A stretch of 64,000 bases of DNA from a virus, in the UHGV virus genome UHGV-1370948; one strand, 5' to 3'. Below are positions 1 through 10,674 of the stretch, one piece after another. Position 1 is the first letter of the stretch. Every line of letters starts with the position of its first letter. The notes beneath the pieces are model-generated. The model saw only the letters and a list, made by a program, of their open reading frames with translations. It was not told the DNA's origin and searched no databases. The translations under genes were made by a program, and so were the position numbers.

Positions 1-89
1 GTTCAGACGTCTAGTATCGGCGTACTGGCGTCAATGCGTGGTGGCCCCATTGGTCAAAGCATCACATCTTTATCTTGCTAAGGAAAAGC

Positions 90-335
90 ATGAAAATCGT
101 TATTTATGGAAAGGACAGCTGCTCTTACTGCAAACGTGCGGTAGAGCTGGCCAAGCAGTTAAAATCTCAGGGTCATGGTGACTATGAGTATATCGATATC
201 GTTGAAGCTGGCATTGATGCCGCTGCGCTGGGTGAGTTAGTGGGGAAGCCGGTGCGAACGGTTCCGCAGATCTTCGTCGAGGGCGAGCCTATCGGCGGCT
301 ACACGGAACTGGTTACTTTAACCTCCATCCTGTAA
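90..335 (+). CDS. glutaredoxin-like thioredoxin-fold protein (phage NrdC-like)
   Basis: CSYC redox motif close to the N-terminus after MKIVIYG. About 80 aa, with the GGY..L tail typical of glutaredoxins. RBS taaggaaaagc-ATG resembles the phage consensus used elsewhere in the window. Confidence 0.65.
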   Translation: MKIVIYGKDSCSYCKRAVELAKQLKSQGHGDYEYIDIVEAGIDAAALGELVGKPVRTVPQIFVEGEPIGGYTELVTLTSIL

Positions 336-340
336 GACAA

Positions 341-367
341 AGGGGCCATTCGGCCCCTTTTTTCTTT
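341..367 (+). terminator. rho-independent terminator after the glutaredoxin gene
   Basis: aggggcc-attc-ggcccct stem followed by a TTTTTTCTTT tract. Confidence 0.6.
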
Positions 368-424
368 GTGGACACACACAAAGAAAAGAGACTAAATTAG
401 CTCTAAATTTAGCACTATTTAGAG

Positions 425-682
425 GTGATTATGTTTACTGAAACTGTTCTAGCCAAGCACACATCTTCCATTAGCGAGTTTAAAAAGAACCCTTCTGCCG
501 CTATGAGCGAGTCTAATGGCGAGCCTGTGGCTGTACTTAGCCACAATAAACCTGCTTTTTACTGCGTCCCACCAGCACTGTTTGCTCTTATGATCGACCA
601 TATTGGCGACCAGATGCTTCTTGAGAAGGCCGTGGGTAGGCTGGACGATGAAGAGGTTGAAGTCAGCCTGGATCAGCTGTAA
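425..682 (+). CDS. Phd/YefM-family antitoxin-like small protein (no cognate toxin adjacent)
   Basis: About 85 aa with an N-terminal ISEFKKNPSAAMSESNGEPVAVLSHNKPAFY pattern typical of Phd/YefM antitoxins. Lies directly upstream of hsdM. An ATG at 431 is an alternative start. Confidence 0.4.
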   Translation: MIMFTETVLAKHTSSISEFKKNPSAAMSESNGEPVAVLSHNKPAFYCVPPALFALMIDHIGDQMLLEKAVGRLDDEEVEVSLDQL

Positions 683-836
683 TGAGTAGTGGTTTCAAGG
701 TAAAAATCATCAATGATTAACAGTCGACTCTATAGTTCTCACAATGTCCGCATAATCGTAATATACTAATCCTGTTAGTGATTTAATCTACCTACCAAAC
801 CGTGGGCAACACATTCTATTAATCAGGAAAACGCAG

Positions 837-2389
837 ATGACCAGCCTGCAACAACGCGCCGAATTACACCGTCAGATATGGGCTATTGCGAACGAGGTTC
901 GCGGTGCCGTTGACGGATGGGACTTTAAACAATACGTCTTAGGGGCGCTGTTTTACCGTTTTATCAGTGAGAACTTCACCAGTTACATCGAAGCCGGTGA
1001 TGACAGTGTTCAGTATGCCGGAATGGCTGACAGTGATATTGGTGATGAGATTAAGGACGATGCGGTCAGAACAAAGGGGTATTTTATCGCTCCAAGCCAG
1101 CTGTTCTGTAATGTGGCGAAGCGTGCCAATACGAATGACCACCTGAATGCTGATTTAAACAGTATCTTTGTTGCGATTGAAAGCTCTGCATCCGGTTATC
1201 CGTCAGAAGCCGCCATTAAGGGACTGTTTGCTGATTTTGATACGACCAGTAACCGGCTGGGCAGTACCGTTAAAGAGAAAAATATCCGGCTTGCTGCGGT
1301 ACTGAAAGGGGTTGAGGGGCTGGCTCTCGGGGATTTTGATGCCCATCAGATTGACCTGTTCGGTGATGCCTATGAGTTTCTGATATCCAATTATGCCGCC
1401 AATGCGGGTAAGTCCGGCGGTGAGTTCTTTACCCCGCAGCATGTCTCTAAGCTGATTGCTCAGCTGGCCATGCACGGACAGACCTCCGTCAATAAAATCT
1501 ATGACCCTGCGGCCGGTTCAGGTTCTCTGCTGCTTCAGGCCAAGAAACACTTTGATAATCACATTATCGAGGACGGTTTCTTTGGTCAGGAGATTAACCA
1601 TACGACCTTTAACCTGGCGCGTATGAATATGTTCCTGCACAACATCAACTACGACAAGTTTGATATCCGGTTAGGGAACACATTACTGGCCCCTGAATTT
1701 AAAGACCAGAAGCCGTTTGATGCGATTGTGTCTAACCCGCCGTACTCCGTGAAATGGGTGGGCAGTGATGACCCGACCCTGATTAACGATGACCGCTTTG
1801 CACCTGCGGGGGTACTGGCCCCGAAATCTAAAGCTGACTTTGCATTCGTACTTCACGCCCTGAATTACCTGTCTGCGAAAGGCCGTGCCGCGATTGTCTG
1901 TTTCCCCGGCATTTTCTACCGTGGCGGAGCTGAGCAGAAAATCCGACAGTATCTGGTTGATAACAACTATGTGGAAACCGTGATATCACTGGCCCCGAAC
2001 CTGTTCTTCGGTACCACCATTGAGGTTAATATTCTGGTGCTGTCAAAGCATAAGGCCGACACCAAAGTACAGTTTATCGATGCCAGCAGTCTGTTTAAGA
2101 AAGAGACCAACAACAACGTTCTTACCGATGCCCATATAGAACAGATTATGGCGGTGTTCGACAGTAAAGCCGATGCAGACTATCTGGCTAAATCTGTTAC
2201 TGCTGAAGCCATTGCAGCTAATGATTACAACCTGTCTGTCAGTAGCTACGTGGAAGCCAAAGATACCCGCGAAATCGTCAACATAGCCGAACTGAATGCT
2301 GAGCTGAAAAAGACCGTCACCAGAATAGACCAGCTTCGTACTGATATTGATGCGATTGTTGCTGAGATTGAAGGTAGCGAGGTACAGGC

Positions 2390-2393
<4 letters not shown>
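837..2393 (+). CDS. hsdM: type I restriction-modification methyltransferase subunit HsdM (EcoR124-like, type IC)
   Basis: 518 aa. Carries the N6-adenine MTase motifs ([15 protein letters not shown]). Overlaps the hsdS start by 4 nt. Confidence 0.92.
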
Positions 2394-3607
<1,214 letters not shown>

Positions 3608-3732
3608 CATAAACGCCCCTGCCAGAGAGAATATCTGGCTGGCAGGGTTGTTTGCATAGCTATAGCCCGATATTCACACTCTAAGGGCATCACCGTTTCA
3701 TTCTTCGCAGCATAACGACAGCAGGGAGCAGC

Positions 3733-6700
3733 ATGACACAGCAGACCAGAACCATCGCCGAATCCAATAACTTCATCGTGCTGGATAAATACGTTACAGA
3801 ATGGGAAGCCGGTGACCGCTACCAGAGTGAGTCGGAGTTAGAGCGCGAGCTGATTCAGGACTTGCGTAATCAGGGCTATGAGTTTGTGCCTGATTTAACC
3901 TCCCAGTCGGCGATGCTGGCGAATGTCAGGGTGCAACTTCAGACACTGAATCAGGTGGTGTTTAACGAAGGCGAATGGCGACGTTTTACCGAGCAGTATC
4001 TGGATAATCCGAGCGATACGATAGTCGATAAGACCCGTAAAATTCACACCGATTACATCTGTGACTTTACCTTCGATGACGGACGACTGGAAAACATCTA
4101 CCTGATTGACAAGAAAAGCCTTGTCCGTAACAAGGTGCAGGTTATCCAGCAGTTTGAGCAAACCGGCAGCCATGCCAATCGCTATGATGTCACGGTGCTG
4201 GTTAACGGCTTACCTCTGGTGCAAATCGAACTGAAAAAGCGGGGCGTAGCGATTCGGGAAGCCTTCAATCAGATACACCGCTACAGCAAAGAGAGCTTTA
4301 ATACCGAGAACTCCCTGTTCAAATATTTGCAGCTCTTCGTGATTTCAAACGGAACCGATACCCGTTACTTTGCCAATACCACAAAGCGGGATAAAAACAG
4401 CTTTGATTTCACCATGAACTGGGCGCGGTCTGATAACACCCTGATTAAAGACCTTAAAGACTTTACCGCCACCTTCTTCCAGAAACACACCTTACTCAAT
4501 GTTCTGTTCAACTACACCGTGTTTGATGTCAGCAACAATCTGCTGATTATGCGTCCCTACCAGATAGCAGCGACGGAGCGGATTTTGTGGAAAATCAACG
4601 GGGCTTATCAGGCAAAAAAATGGAGCTCCAGAGAGGGGGGCGGCTTTATCTGGCACACCACAGGTAGTGGTAAAACCTTAACCAGCTTTAAAGCCGCAAG
4701 GCTGGCAACTGAACTGGATTTCATTGATAAAGTGTTCTTTGTGGTTGACCGTAAAGACCTTGATTACCAGACTATGAAGGAGTATCAGCGTTTCTCACCT
4801 GACAGCGTTAATGGCTCTGACAGCACCGCAGGGCTGAAGCGTAATCTGGAGAAGAATGACAATAAAATCATTGTCACCACAATCCAGAAACTGAACAACC
4901 TGATGAAAGGTGAAGCCGATTTACCGGTCTATCAGCAACAGGTGGTCTTTATCTTCGATGAGTGTCACCGCAGTCAGTTCGGTGAAGCCCAGAAGAACCT
5001 GAAAAAGAAATTCAAACGTTTCTATCAGTTTGGCTTTACCGGTACACCGATATTTGTCGGTAAAAATGCCTTAGGGGATGAAGACACCGCCAGCGTATTC
5101 GGGGCAGAACTACACTCTTACATCATCACCGATGCTATTCGTGATGAAAAGGTGCTCAAGTTTAAAGTCGATTACAACGACGTTCGCCCGCAGTTCAAAG
5201 AGCTGGAAACGGAAACAGACGAAAAGAAACTCAGCGCCGCCGAGAATAAACACGCTTTGCTGCATCCGATGCGGATTAGCGAAGTCACGCATTACATCCT
5301 GAAGAATTTCCGTCAAAAAACACATCGGGCATTCTCTGGTGCTACAGGCTTCAATGCCATGTTTGCCGTCAGCAGTGTGGATGCAGCCAAAGCCTACTAT
5401 GAAGCGTTCAGAATCATACAGCAGTCGGCTGTTGAACAGGATAAGAACTACAAGCCTCTGAAGGTGGCGACCATCTTCTCCTTTGCCGCCAATGAAGAGC
5501 AGGACGCGGTCGGTGATATCAATGATGAAGGGTTTGATGTCACGGCGATGAACAGCAGTGCGCGGGAGTTTCTGGAATCGGCTATCAGTGACTACAATGC
5601 CATGTTTAAGGTTAACCATAGTACTGATGGCAACAACTTCCAGAACTACTATCGTGACCTCTCTGAGCGCGTCAAAAAGCAGGAAGTAGACCTGCTGATT
5701 GTGGTCGGGATGTTCCTGACCGGATTTGATGCCCCGACACTCAATACCCTGTTTGTGGACAAGAACCTGCGCTACCACGGCCTGATGCAGGCATTCTCCC
5801 GCACTAACCGGATTTATAACGCCACCAAAACCTTCGGGAATATTGTCACCTTCCGTGATTTAGAACAGGCCACAGTGGATGCCATTACCCTGTTCGGGAA
5901 GAGCAATACCCGAAGCGTGGTGATGGAAAAAAGTTATGACGAGTACATGGAAGGCTTCACGGACACGCTTACCGGAGAGGCGCGACGTGGCTTCACAGAT
6001 ATCGTGAGCGAGCTGGAGACGCGTTTCCCGAAACCCGCAGACATTGAGTCCGAAAAAGAGAAAAAAGCCTTCGTTAAGCTGTTCGGGGAATATCTTCGGG
6101 TAGAGAACATACTGCAAAACTACGATGAGTTTACCACGCTGAAAGCGCTGCAAACTGTTGACCTCAGTGACCCGGTAGCCGTGGAGGCGTTTAAAGCCGG
6201 GCACTATCTGGATGATGAGGCTTTCGCTGTGCTCCAGACAGTACGCTTACCCGCTGAGCGTAAAATTCAGGACTATCGCTCCAGCTACAACGATATCCGT
6301 GAGTGGCAGCGCCGTGAGCGTGATGCAAACACCAAAGATAAAAATAGCGTTGACTGGGATGATGTGGTCTTTGAGATTGATTTGCTGAAATCGCAGGAGA
6401 TTAACCTCGATTACATCCTGGGGCTGATTTACGAGCATCATCAAAAGAGTACGGATAAAGAGACGCTGAAAGAGGAAGTGAAGCGCTTAATCCGGGCCAG
6501 TCTGGGGAACCGTGCAAAAGAGGGGCTGATGGTCGATTTTATCGAACAGACGAATCTCGATGCCCTGCCGGGCAAAGAGGGCGTCATTGAAGCCTTCTAT
6601 ACCTTTGCACAACAGGCTCAGCAGCGTGAGGCAGAAGCCTTAATCAAAGAGGAAAACCTGAATGAGGACGCCGCCCGGCGCTACATCAGAAATTCTCTCA

Positions 6701-6855
6701 AGCGCGAATATGCCACGGAGAACGGCACTGCGCTGAATGAAACATTACCTAAGCTCAGTCCGCTGAACCCACAATACAGAACCAAAAAGCAGACGGTCTT
6801 TCAGAAGTTCGTGGCCTTTATCGATAAGTTCAAAGGCGTCGGTGGAAGTGTCTGA
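3733..6855 (+). CDS. hsdR: type I restriction endonuclease subunit HsdR (EcoR124-like)
   Basis: 1040 aa. SF2 helicase motifs (TGSGKT, DECH) and strong resemblance to R.EcoR124I as recalled from memory. Confidence 0.92.
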   Translation: MTQQTRTIAESNNFIVLDKYVTEWEAGDRYQSESELERELIQDLRNQGYEFVPDLTSQSAMLANVRVQLQTLNQVVFNEGEWRRFTEQYLDNPSDTIVDKTRKIHTDYICDFTFDDGRLENIYLIDKKSLVRNKVQVIQQFEQTGSHANRYDVTVLVNGLPLVQIELKKRGVAIREAFNQIHRYSKESFNTENSLFKYLQLFVISNGTDTRYFANTTKRDKNSFDFTMNWARSDNTLIKDLKDFTATFFQKHTLLNVLFNYTVFDVSNNLLIMRPYQIAATERILWKINGAYQAKKWSSREGGGFIWHTTGSGKTLTSFKAARLATELDFIDKVFFVVDRKDLDYQTMKEYQRFSPDSVNGSDSTAGLKRNLEKNDNKIIVTTIQKLNNLMKGEADLPVYQQQVVFIFDECHRSQFGEAQKNLKKKFKRFYQFGFTGTPIFVGKNALGDEDTASVFGAELHSYIITDAIRDEKVLKFKVDYNDVRPQFKELETETDEKKLSAAENKHALLHPMRISEVTHYILKNFRQKTHRAFSGATGFNAMFAVSSVDAAKAYYEAFRIIQQSAVEQDKNYKPLKVATIFSFAANEEQDAVGDINDEGFDVTAMNSSAREFLESAISDYNAMFKVNHSTDGNNFQNYYRDLSERVKKQEVDLLIVVGMFLTGFDAPTLNTLFVDKNLRYHGLMQAFSRTNRIYNATKTFGNIVTFRDLEQATVDAITLFGKSNTRSVVMEKSYDEYMEGFTDTLTGEARRGFTDIVSELETRFPKPADIESEKEKKAFVKLFGEYLRVENILQNYDEFTTLKALQTVDLSDPVAVEAFKAGHYLDDEAFAVLQTVRLPAERKIQDYRSSYNDIREWQRRERDANTKDKNSVDWDDVVFEIDLLKSQEINLDYILGLIYEHHQKSTDKETLKEEVKRLIRASLGNRAKEGLMVDFIEQTNLDALPGKEGVIEAFYTFAQQAQQREAEALIKEENLNEDAARRYIRNSLKREYATENGTALNETLPKLSPLNPQYRTKKQTVFQKFVAFIDKFKGVGGSV

Positions 6856-6950
6856 TACATCTGATATCACATGGGAGGCTTCGGCCTCCTGATTAAGTTC
6901 TCAGGATTTCTCTCCGCCATATGAAACCATACGGAATAGTTGTGCTGTAG

Positions 6951-7241
6951 GTGATTAAGTCATTTGCGAACAAGTGTCCAACTTATTTGCTAATAGGGGA
7001 TCAGATAAATGCGAATGCACAGGTATTGGCAAAGCGTATGGAGTCTCTTGGTGCCTTGACAATGCCGAAAAATAGGCTCTCACTTAAACACAATTGCTAC
7101 AAGATTAAGCTAAAGAATGACGGTTATCGTCTGGCCTATACGGTCAGAGACGACGAGAACGGGGAAGTTAGCGTTGTTGCCGTGGATAGACGTGATGAAA
7201 TTTACAACGAATTGAAGAAAAGGCTTGATGCTGATGTTTGA
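6951..7241 (+). CDS. RelE/ParE-superfamily (HigB 'killer'-like) toxin
   Basis: 96 aa. Starts MIKSF and has the C-terminal KHNCYKIKLKNDGYRLAYTVRDDENGEVSVVAVDRRDEIY pattern of RelE/ParE-fold toxins. Confidence 0.5.
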   Translation: MIKSFANKCPTYLLIGDQINANAQVLAKRMESLGALTMPKNRLSLKHNCYKIKLKNDGYRLAYTVRDDENGEVSVVAVDRRDEIYNELKKRLDADV

Positions 7242-7554
7242 TAGATTATCCCCAGAGCAAATTCGCGAGTTCCTGCTGGAACAAGGGTTTTTGAGAGTAC
7301 GCCAGCTCGAAGACAGTAGTTGGATCGGTGTGCTAAGGCTTGCTTTTACAACGTCGGTCTGTATGGATATTGACGAATTTTCGCCCTTTCGTTATCGCTG
7401 GTGTTTCGCTGACCCAGCAGAGGCAAACCACTTTTTCGAGACGGCCGTAGATTATGACGAAGCGCCGACGAAGCGCGATTCGTTGAAGGGGCACCGGTAT
7501 CGTGGTGAGCCGCTTCTGCGTGAAAAGGATGAGTTCGGCTTTGATAAGTGGTAA
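7225..7554 (+). CDS. hypothetical protein, possible antitoxin partner of the upstream toxin
   Basis: 109 aa. Overlaps the toxin ORF by 17 nt. No recognisable HTH motif. Confidence 0.3.
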   Translation: MMLMFDRLSPEQIREFLLEQGFLRVRQLEDSSWIGVLRLAFTTSVCMDIDEFSPFRYRWCFADPAEANHFFETAVDYDEAPTKRDSLKGHRYRGEPLLREKDEFGFDKW

Positions 7555-7637
7555 AAACTGTGGTTTTACTTGCACTGCGCTACAGTATAGAATGACAAGC
7601 GTTGTACATAGCCAGCAAAATGCGGGCGGTAAAAATT

Positions 7638-8162
7638 ATGAAAGAATCAATCACAAAAATTGCAATGGTTTTGGCGCTTGCCTTATCCGGGATAACGCAT
7701 GAATCGTGCGCTAAAGAAACTGTATGCGCTCAGCACATCGTTGCCCCTGGCATCGGCGTATCGTTCAGCGAGGAAGTTATGTCAAACATCAATAAGATGA
7801 ATGAGGTAACTGCAGAAGGTCGTGAACTTTACGCGAGAATTGATGAACTTGCAGAACGCGACTATGAAGCGGCAAAAATGGCTGCTGAGGGGATGCGTGC
7901 AGACATCATCGGAGCCTTGGCTATTGCTGAATTTTTATTCCAGGCACTGCCAGATGTTTCGGTGATCCGTTCATTCCCCAAAGACTCGATGCAGTACAAA
8001 CTTTGCAGAGCGGTCGCAGAAGCACGACACAATGCAAAAAATCTGGACAACCTGTTAAATCAGATACTGAACGTCAGCCCGTATCGTGAGTCAAACATCA
8101 ACCACGATGCACTGACATTACTAGCGGAACGTGGTACAAGGGCTGCGGCTAAATGGCATTGA
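7638..8162 (+). CDS. hypothetical secreted protein
   Basis: N-terminal signal-peptide-like segment MKESITKIAMVLALALSG, then a helical body. Overlaps the downstream toxin-like gene by 10 nt. The ORF could start earlier, at 7602. Confidence 0.35.
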   Translation: MKESITKIAMVLALALSGITHESCAKETVCAQHIVAPGIGVSFSEEVMSNINKMNEVTAEGRELYARIDELAERDYEAAKMAAEGMRADIIGALAIAEFLFQALPDVSVIRSFPKDSMQYKLCRAVAEARHNAKNLDNLLNQILNVSPYRESNINHDALTLLAERGTRAAAKWH

Positions 8163-8569
8163 TTGTCGAATTTAACCCGGATACAAGATCCGAGTTTTTA
8201 GACCCAACTTTCAAAAAGTACCCCGATTTAGAAAGCCAACTCAAAGCCGAATTTATTTATTGTAAGACGAAAAACGTCACAACGAATATTTTCGGCAACG
8301 ATGCCATTTTCACTTTCCCCTCTTACGCAGTAGAGGCACAGTTGTCTCGCGTTCATATCAAGCTGCCGAGCGAAGCGCCGTGGCCCCACGGCATACCCGA
8401 TCGTCAAAAGAAAAGTAACACTTACCTGGTTTACGCCCAGCATATGTGGAACCTTTCGAGCTATTCCATTCTGGCTCTTGTAACTCCAGCGCATGACCTA
8501 ATGAGTGCAGCAAACACTCAACTAATTTCTCGCTTTTCAGCCTACGCAGAGGCTTTTCACTCCCGTTAA
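8153..8569 (+). CDS. YafO-like toxin (ribosome-dependent mRNA interferase family)
   Basis: 138 aa. Blocks IFGNDA, RVHIKL, LVYAQ, ILALVTP and AEAF align with E. coli YafO as recalled from memory. Confidence 0.4.
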   Translation: MALIVEFNPDTRSEFLDPTFKKYPDLESQLKAEFIYCKTKNVTTNIFGNDAIFTFPSYAVEAQLSRVHIKLPSEAPWPHGIPDRQKKSNTYLVYAQHMWNLSSYSILALVTPAHDLMSAANTQLISRFSAYAEAFHSR

Positions 8570-8621
8570 TCTGCAAGACAGAGTCCCATAAAGACCATCA
8601 GATTTCATCAAAACGCCCTTT

Positions 8622-8654
8622 TGTGATTCCATACCTATAGAGTATGGAATCACA
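8622..8654. repeat. perfect 12-13-bp inverted repeat (tgtgattccatac / tatggaatcaca) with an 8-nt loop
   Basis: Direct read. No U-tract follows on either strand, so it is not a canonical terminator. Candidate operator or recombination site upstream of the integrase. Confidence 0.5.
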
Positions 8655-8704
8655 GGAAAAAAACGGTTATTCTGGGTTGACCTTATAGCTAAAATACCGT
8701 TAAA

Positions 8705-8724
8705 TACTGTATATACATACAGTT
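8705..8724. promoter_or_regulatory. LexA (SOS) box TACTGTATATACATACAGTT immediately upstream of the integrase start
   Basis: CTGT-N8-ACAG with an AT-rich spacer, about 18/20 matches to the E. coli consensus TACTGTATATATATACAGTA. Ends 2 nt before the annotated ATG at 8727. Confidence 0.7.
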
Positions 8725-8726
8725 AC

Positions 8727-9773
8727 ATGGAGGCGGCGATGTTAAATTCGTTCGAGATCGATAAAGCTTTGGAAAATTGTTCTGCTGAAACAGTTCAATA
8801 TCTCCAGCGCTGCCAAACCATGACCGGCTCACAAATGATGGCCATGGATGCCGATTCGAAATTCAGTGAAGCCTTTATGTTTTTCACGCGTTTATCACTC
8901 CTTGTGACTCGGCGGCGTCCTGAGCTGGGTGTTCACTGCATTCTCATTCACGCCATGCCGGTTATCGGCGACAAAAAAGTTTCGGACATCAACCGCCTCA
9001 CAGTTAACAGACTAATTAATGCCTTGGTGTTGGATGGCAAGTTAGTACAAAGCCGGCGCGTTTTTTCTGTTTTAAAACAGTTCCTTGGGTGGTGTGAGTT
9101 CCAGGGCGTGATCGAGACTTCCCCACTTGGAGCGATGTCTCTTAACAAAGTTGCTGGCGGACTGAAGCCAAGACCTCGGGAGCGTGTGTTGTCGGATGAT
9201 GAGCTGGAAAAATTTTGGCACATGTGGGACTTTGCCGATGTTTCAGAGAGCACGCGTTGGGCCGCGCGTTTCGTGCTCTGCTCAGCCAGACGGCCGGATG
9301 AAGTGCTCCGGGCTAAACGAGCTGAATTCGATCTCAATAATGATGTATGGAATCAGGGTAGTAGGAATAAGTCTGGTCGTGAACATTCACTACCCATTAG
9401 CCCCATAATGAAGCTGTGCATTAATAAAATGATGGCCGCAGCCGGGAATAGCGAGTGGCTAGTTCCCTCCCCAAAGAATGAGACGAAGCCTGCATCCAAG
9501 GTTCTGATAGCTCAGGCATCAAGAAGAATTATGAGTAGAGATTATCTTTCCGATAACATCCCGGCCCCCTTCGAAATCAGAGATTTACGAAGAACGGCCA
9601 GAAGCACACTCTCTCGACTTGGTGTAGAGCAAGACGTGGCTCGTAAAATCATGAACCACAGTCTTGAGGGAATAGATCGCGTCTATGACAGACACGACTA
9701 TCTTGACCGAATGTCCGAGGCAATGTCAGCATACTCTGAATTCTTAATTGAAACATGTAAGATCAATCAGTAA
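8727..9773 (+). CDS. tyrosine recombinase / phage integrase
   Basis: 348 aa. C-terminal catalytic region with conserved Arg (ARRPDE), an RRTARS box and the RVYDRHDY tyrosine motif. An ATG at 8739 is an alternative start. Confidence 0.8.
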   Translation: MEAAMLNSFEIDKALENCSAETVQYLQRCQTMTGSQMMAMDADSKFSEAFMFFTRLSLLVTRRRPELGVHCILIHAMPVIGDKKVSDINRLTVNRLINALVLDGKLVQSRRVFSVLKQFLGWCEFQGVIETSPLGAMSLNKVAGGLKPRPRERVLSDDELEKFWHMWDFADVSESTRWAARFVLCSARRPDEVLRAKRAEFDLNNDVWNQGSRNKSGREHSLPISPIMKLCINKMMAAAGNSEWLVPSPKNETKPASKVLIAQASRRIMSRDYLSDNIPAPFEIRDLRRTARSTLSRLGVEQDVARKIMNHSLEGIDRVYDRHDYLDRMSEAMSAYSEFLIETCKINQ

Positions 9774-10068
9774 TACCTAACTTACTCTTCAGAGCATCAT
9801 TTTCATTCTTTATTTTTTTAACAAATTCATAGATTTCGGGGAATCTCTCGGATAAGTACATCATCATAAAATCGTCTGGCGGCGCACCAACAGCTCTCGC
9901 GAATGGGATGACCTTGTCTAACGAAAGATGAGCACGGCCAGATTTGATGAGAGAAATGTTGTTAGCGTTCTCAAATCCAACTTCTTTTGCAATCTGAGCT
10001 TGTGTTTTGCCACAGGTGAGCATCGCTGCGGTCATAAACGGACGGTAACGCCCTTTGGGTTCGTACAT
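9763..10068 (-). CDS. XRE-family HTH transcriptional repressor (cI/C2-like)
   Basis: 101 aa. HTH segment TQAQIAKEVGFENANNISLIKSGR. Lies divergent to the early region, with direct-repeat operators just upstream. Confidence 0.7.
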   Translation of the reverse strand: MYEPKGRYRPFMTAAMLTCGKTQAQIAKEVGFENANNISLIKSGRAHLSLDKVIPFARAVGAPPDDFMMMYLSERFPEIYEFVKKIKNENDALKSKLGITD

Positions 10069-10092
10069 GTTATAGTCTGCCTTGTATTGAAT

Positions 10093-10149
10093 TATTTTAG
10101 TAAGTAAGTAACCACATACTATTAAATCATTTTAGTAAGTAATCACATA
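10093..10149. promoter_or_regulatory. two direct repeats ATTTTAGTAAGTAA(GTAAC/TC)CACATA, candidate operators of the divergent repressor
   Basis: Direct read at 10093-10117 and 10129-10149. Both contain the TAAGTAA half-site that is also found in the dispersed palindromes. Confidence 0.5.
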
Positions 10150-10369
10150 TTTACGTATTGTTCAAGACTAAACCACTAAACCAAAAATGTAAACCCACAC
10201 CGCCAACTTTGGGCTACGGCGCTAAATAACCACAAAATAGAATAAAAATCAATAGGCTAAGTCTGCTTTTTTGATGCAAATTTGTTGTAATCTTAAAAAA
10301 ATAATAGTAACTTTGACATGAATCATTTAAGACATACTAATAAGCAATAAACTATTTAATGGTATTAAC

Positions 10370-10588
10370 ATGAATGCAATTTTGAACTGGATGTCGACGG
10401 CGACAAAACTATCAGCAATATCTTTGAGTGACCAAATCGGAGCCGACATCATTTGCGAACTGGGCGCGAAAGATGGACACATAGCAGGCTCCGATGATCT
10501 TTTTTTCCATATTAATCATCTAGATAAAGATTTCGCTTTAGTACAGGGAATTTCGAACTACACTCTCATTTGCATTCACACCAACTAA
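10370..10588 (+). CDS. hypothetical protein, first gene downstream of the operator region
   Basis: 72 aa. TTGACA -35 at 10313-10318 with a TACTAAT-like -10 upstream. Occupies the position expected for a cro-like gene but has no obvious HTH. Confidence 0.3.
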   Translation: MNAILNWMSTATKLSAISLSDQIGADIICELGAKDGHIAGSDDLFFHINHLDKDFALVQGISNYTLICIHTN

Positions 10589-10635
10589 GATTTACCCTTC
10601 CTTTTTGGCTTTATACTTTCATTGATTGTGATTAT

Positions 10636-10672
10636 CATACCCATAAATAATAAGCATTTATTTATGGGTATG
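10636..10672. promoter_or_regulatory. perfect 15-bp inverted repeat CATACCCATAAATAA / TTATTTATGGGTATG ending 2 nt before the cobT-like start codon
   Basis: Direct read. The loop taagcat relates it to the ATAAGxxTTACTTAT palindrome family. Confidence 0.5.
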
Positions 10673-10674
10673 TC

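Noticed and set aside
5110-5778. Long antisense ORFs inside hsdR, cobT and nrdB (for example 5110-5778 minus, 11169-11666 minus, 34610-35452 minus)
   Set aside because: They lie entirely within, and antisense to, strongly supported genes. They have no RBS and low-complexity or odd composition. Read as shadow ORFs.
8622-8654. Inverted repeat as a rho-independent terminator for the toxin operon
   Set aside because: No U-tract follows the stem on either strand. More likely an operator or recombination site, so it is reported as a repeat.
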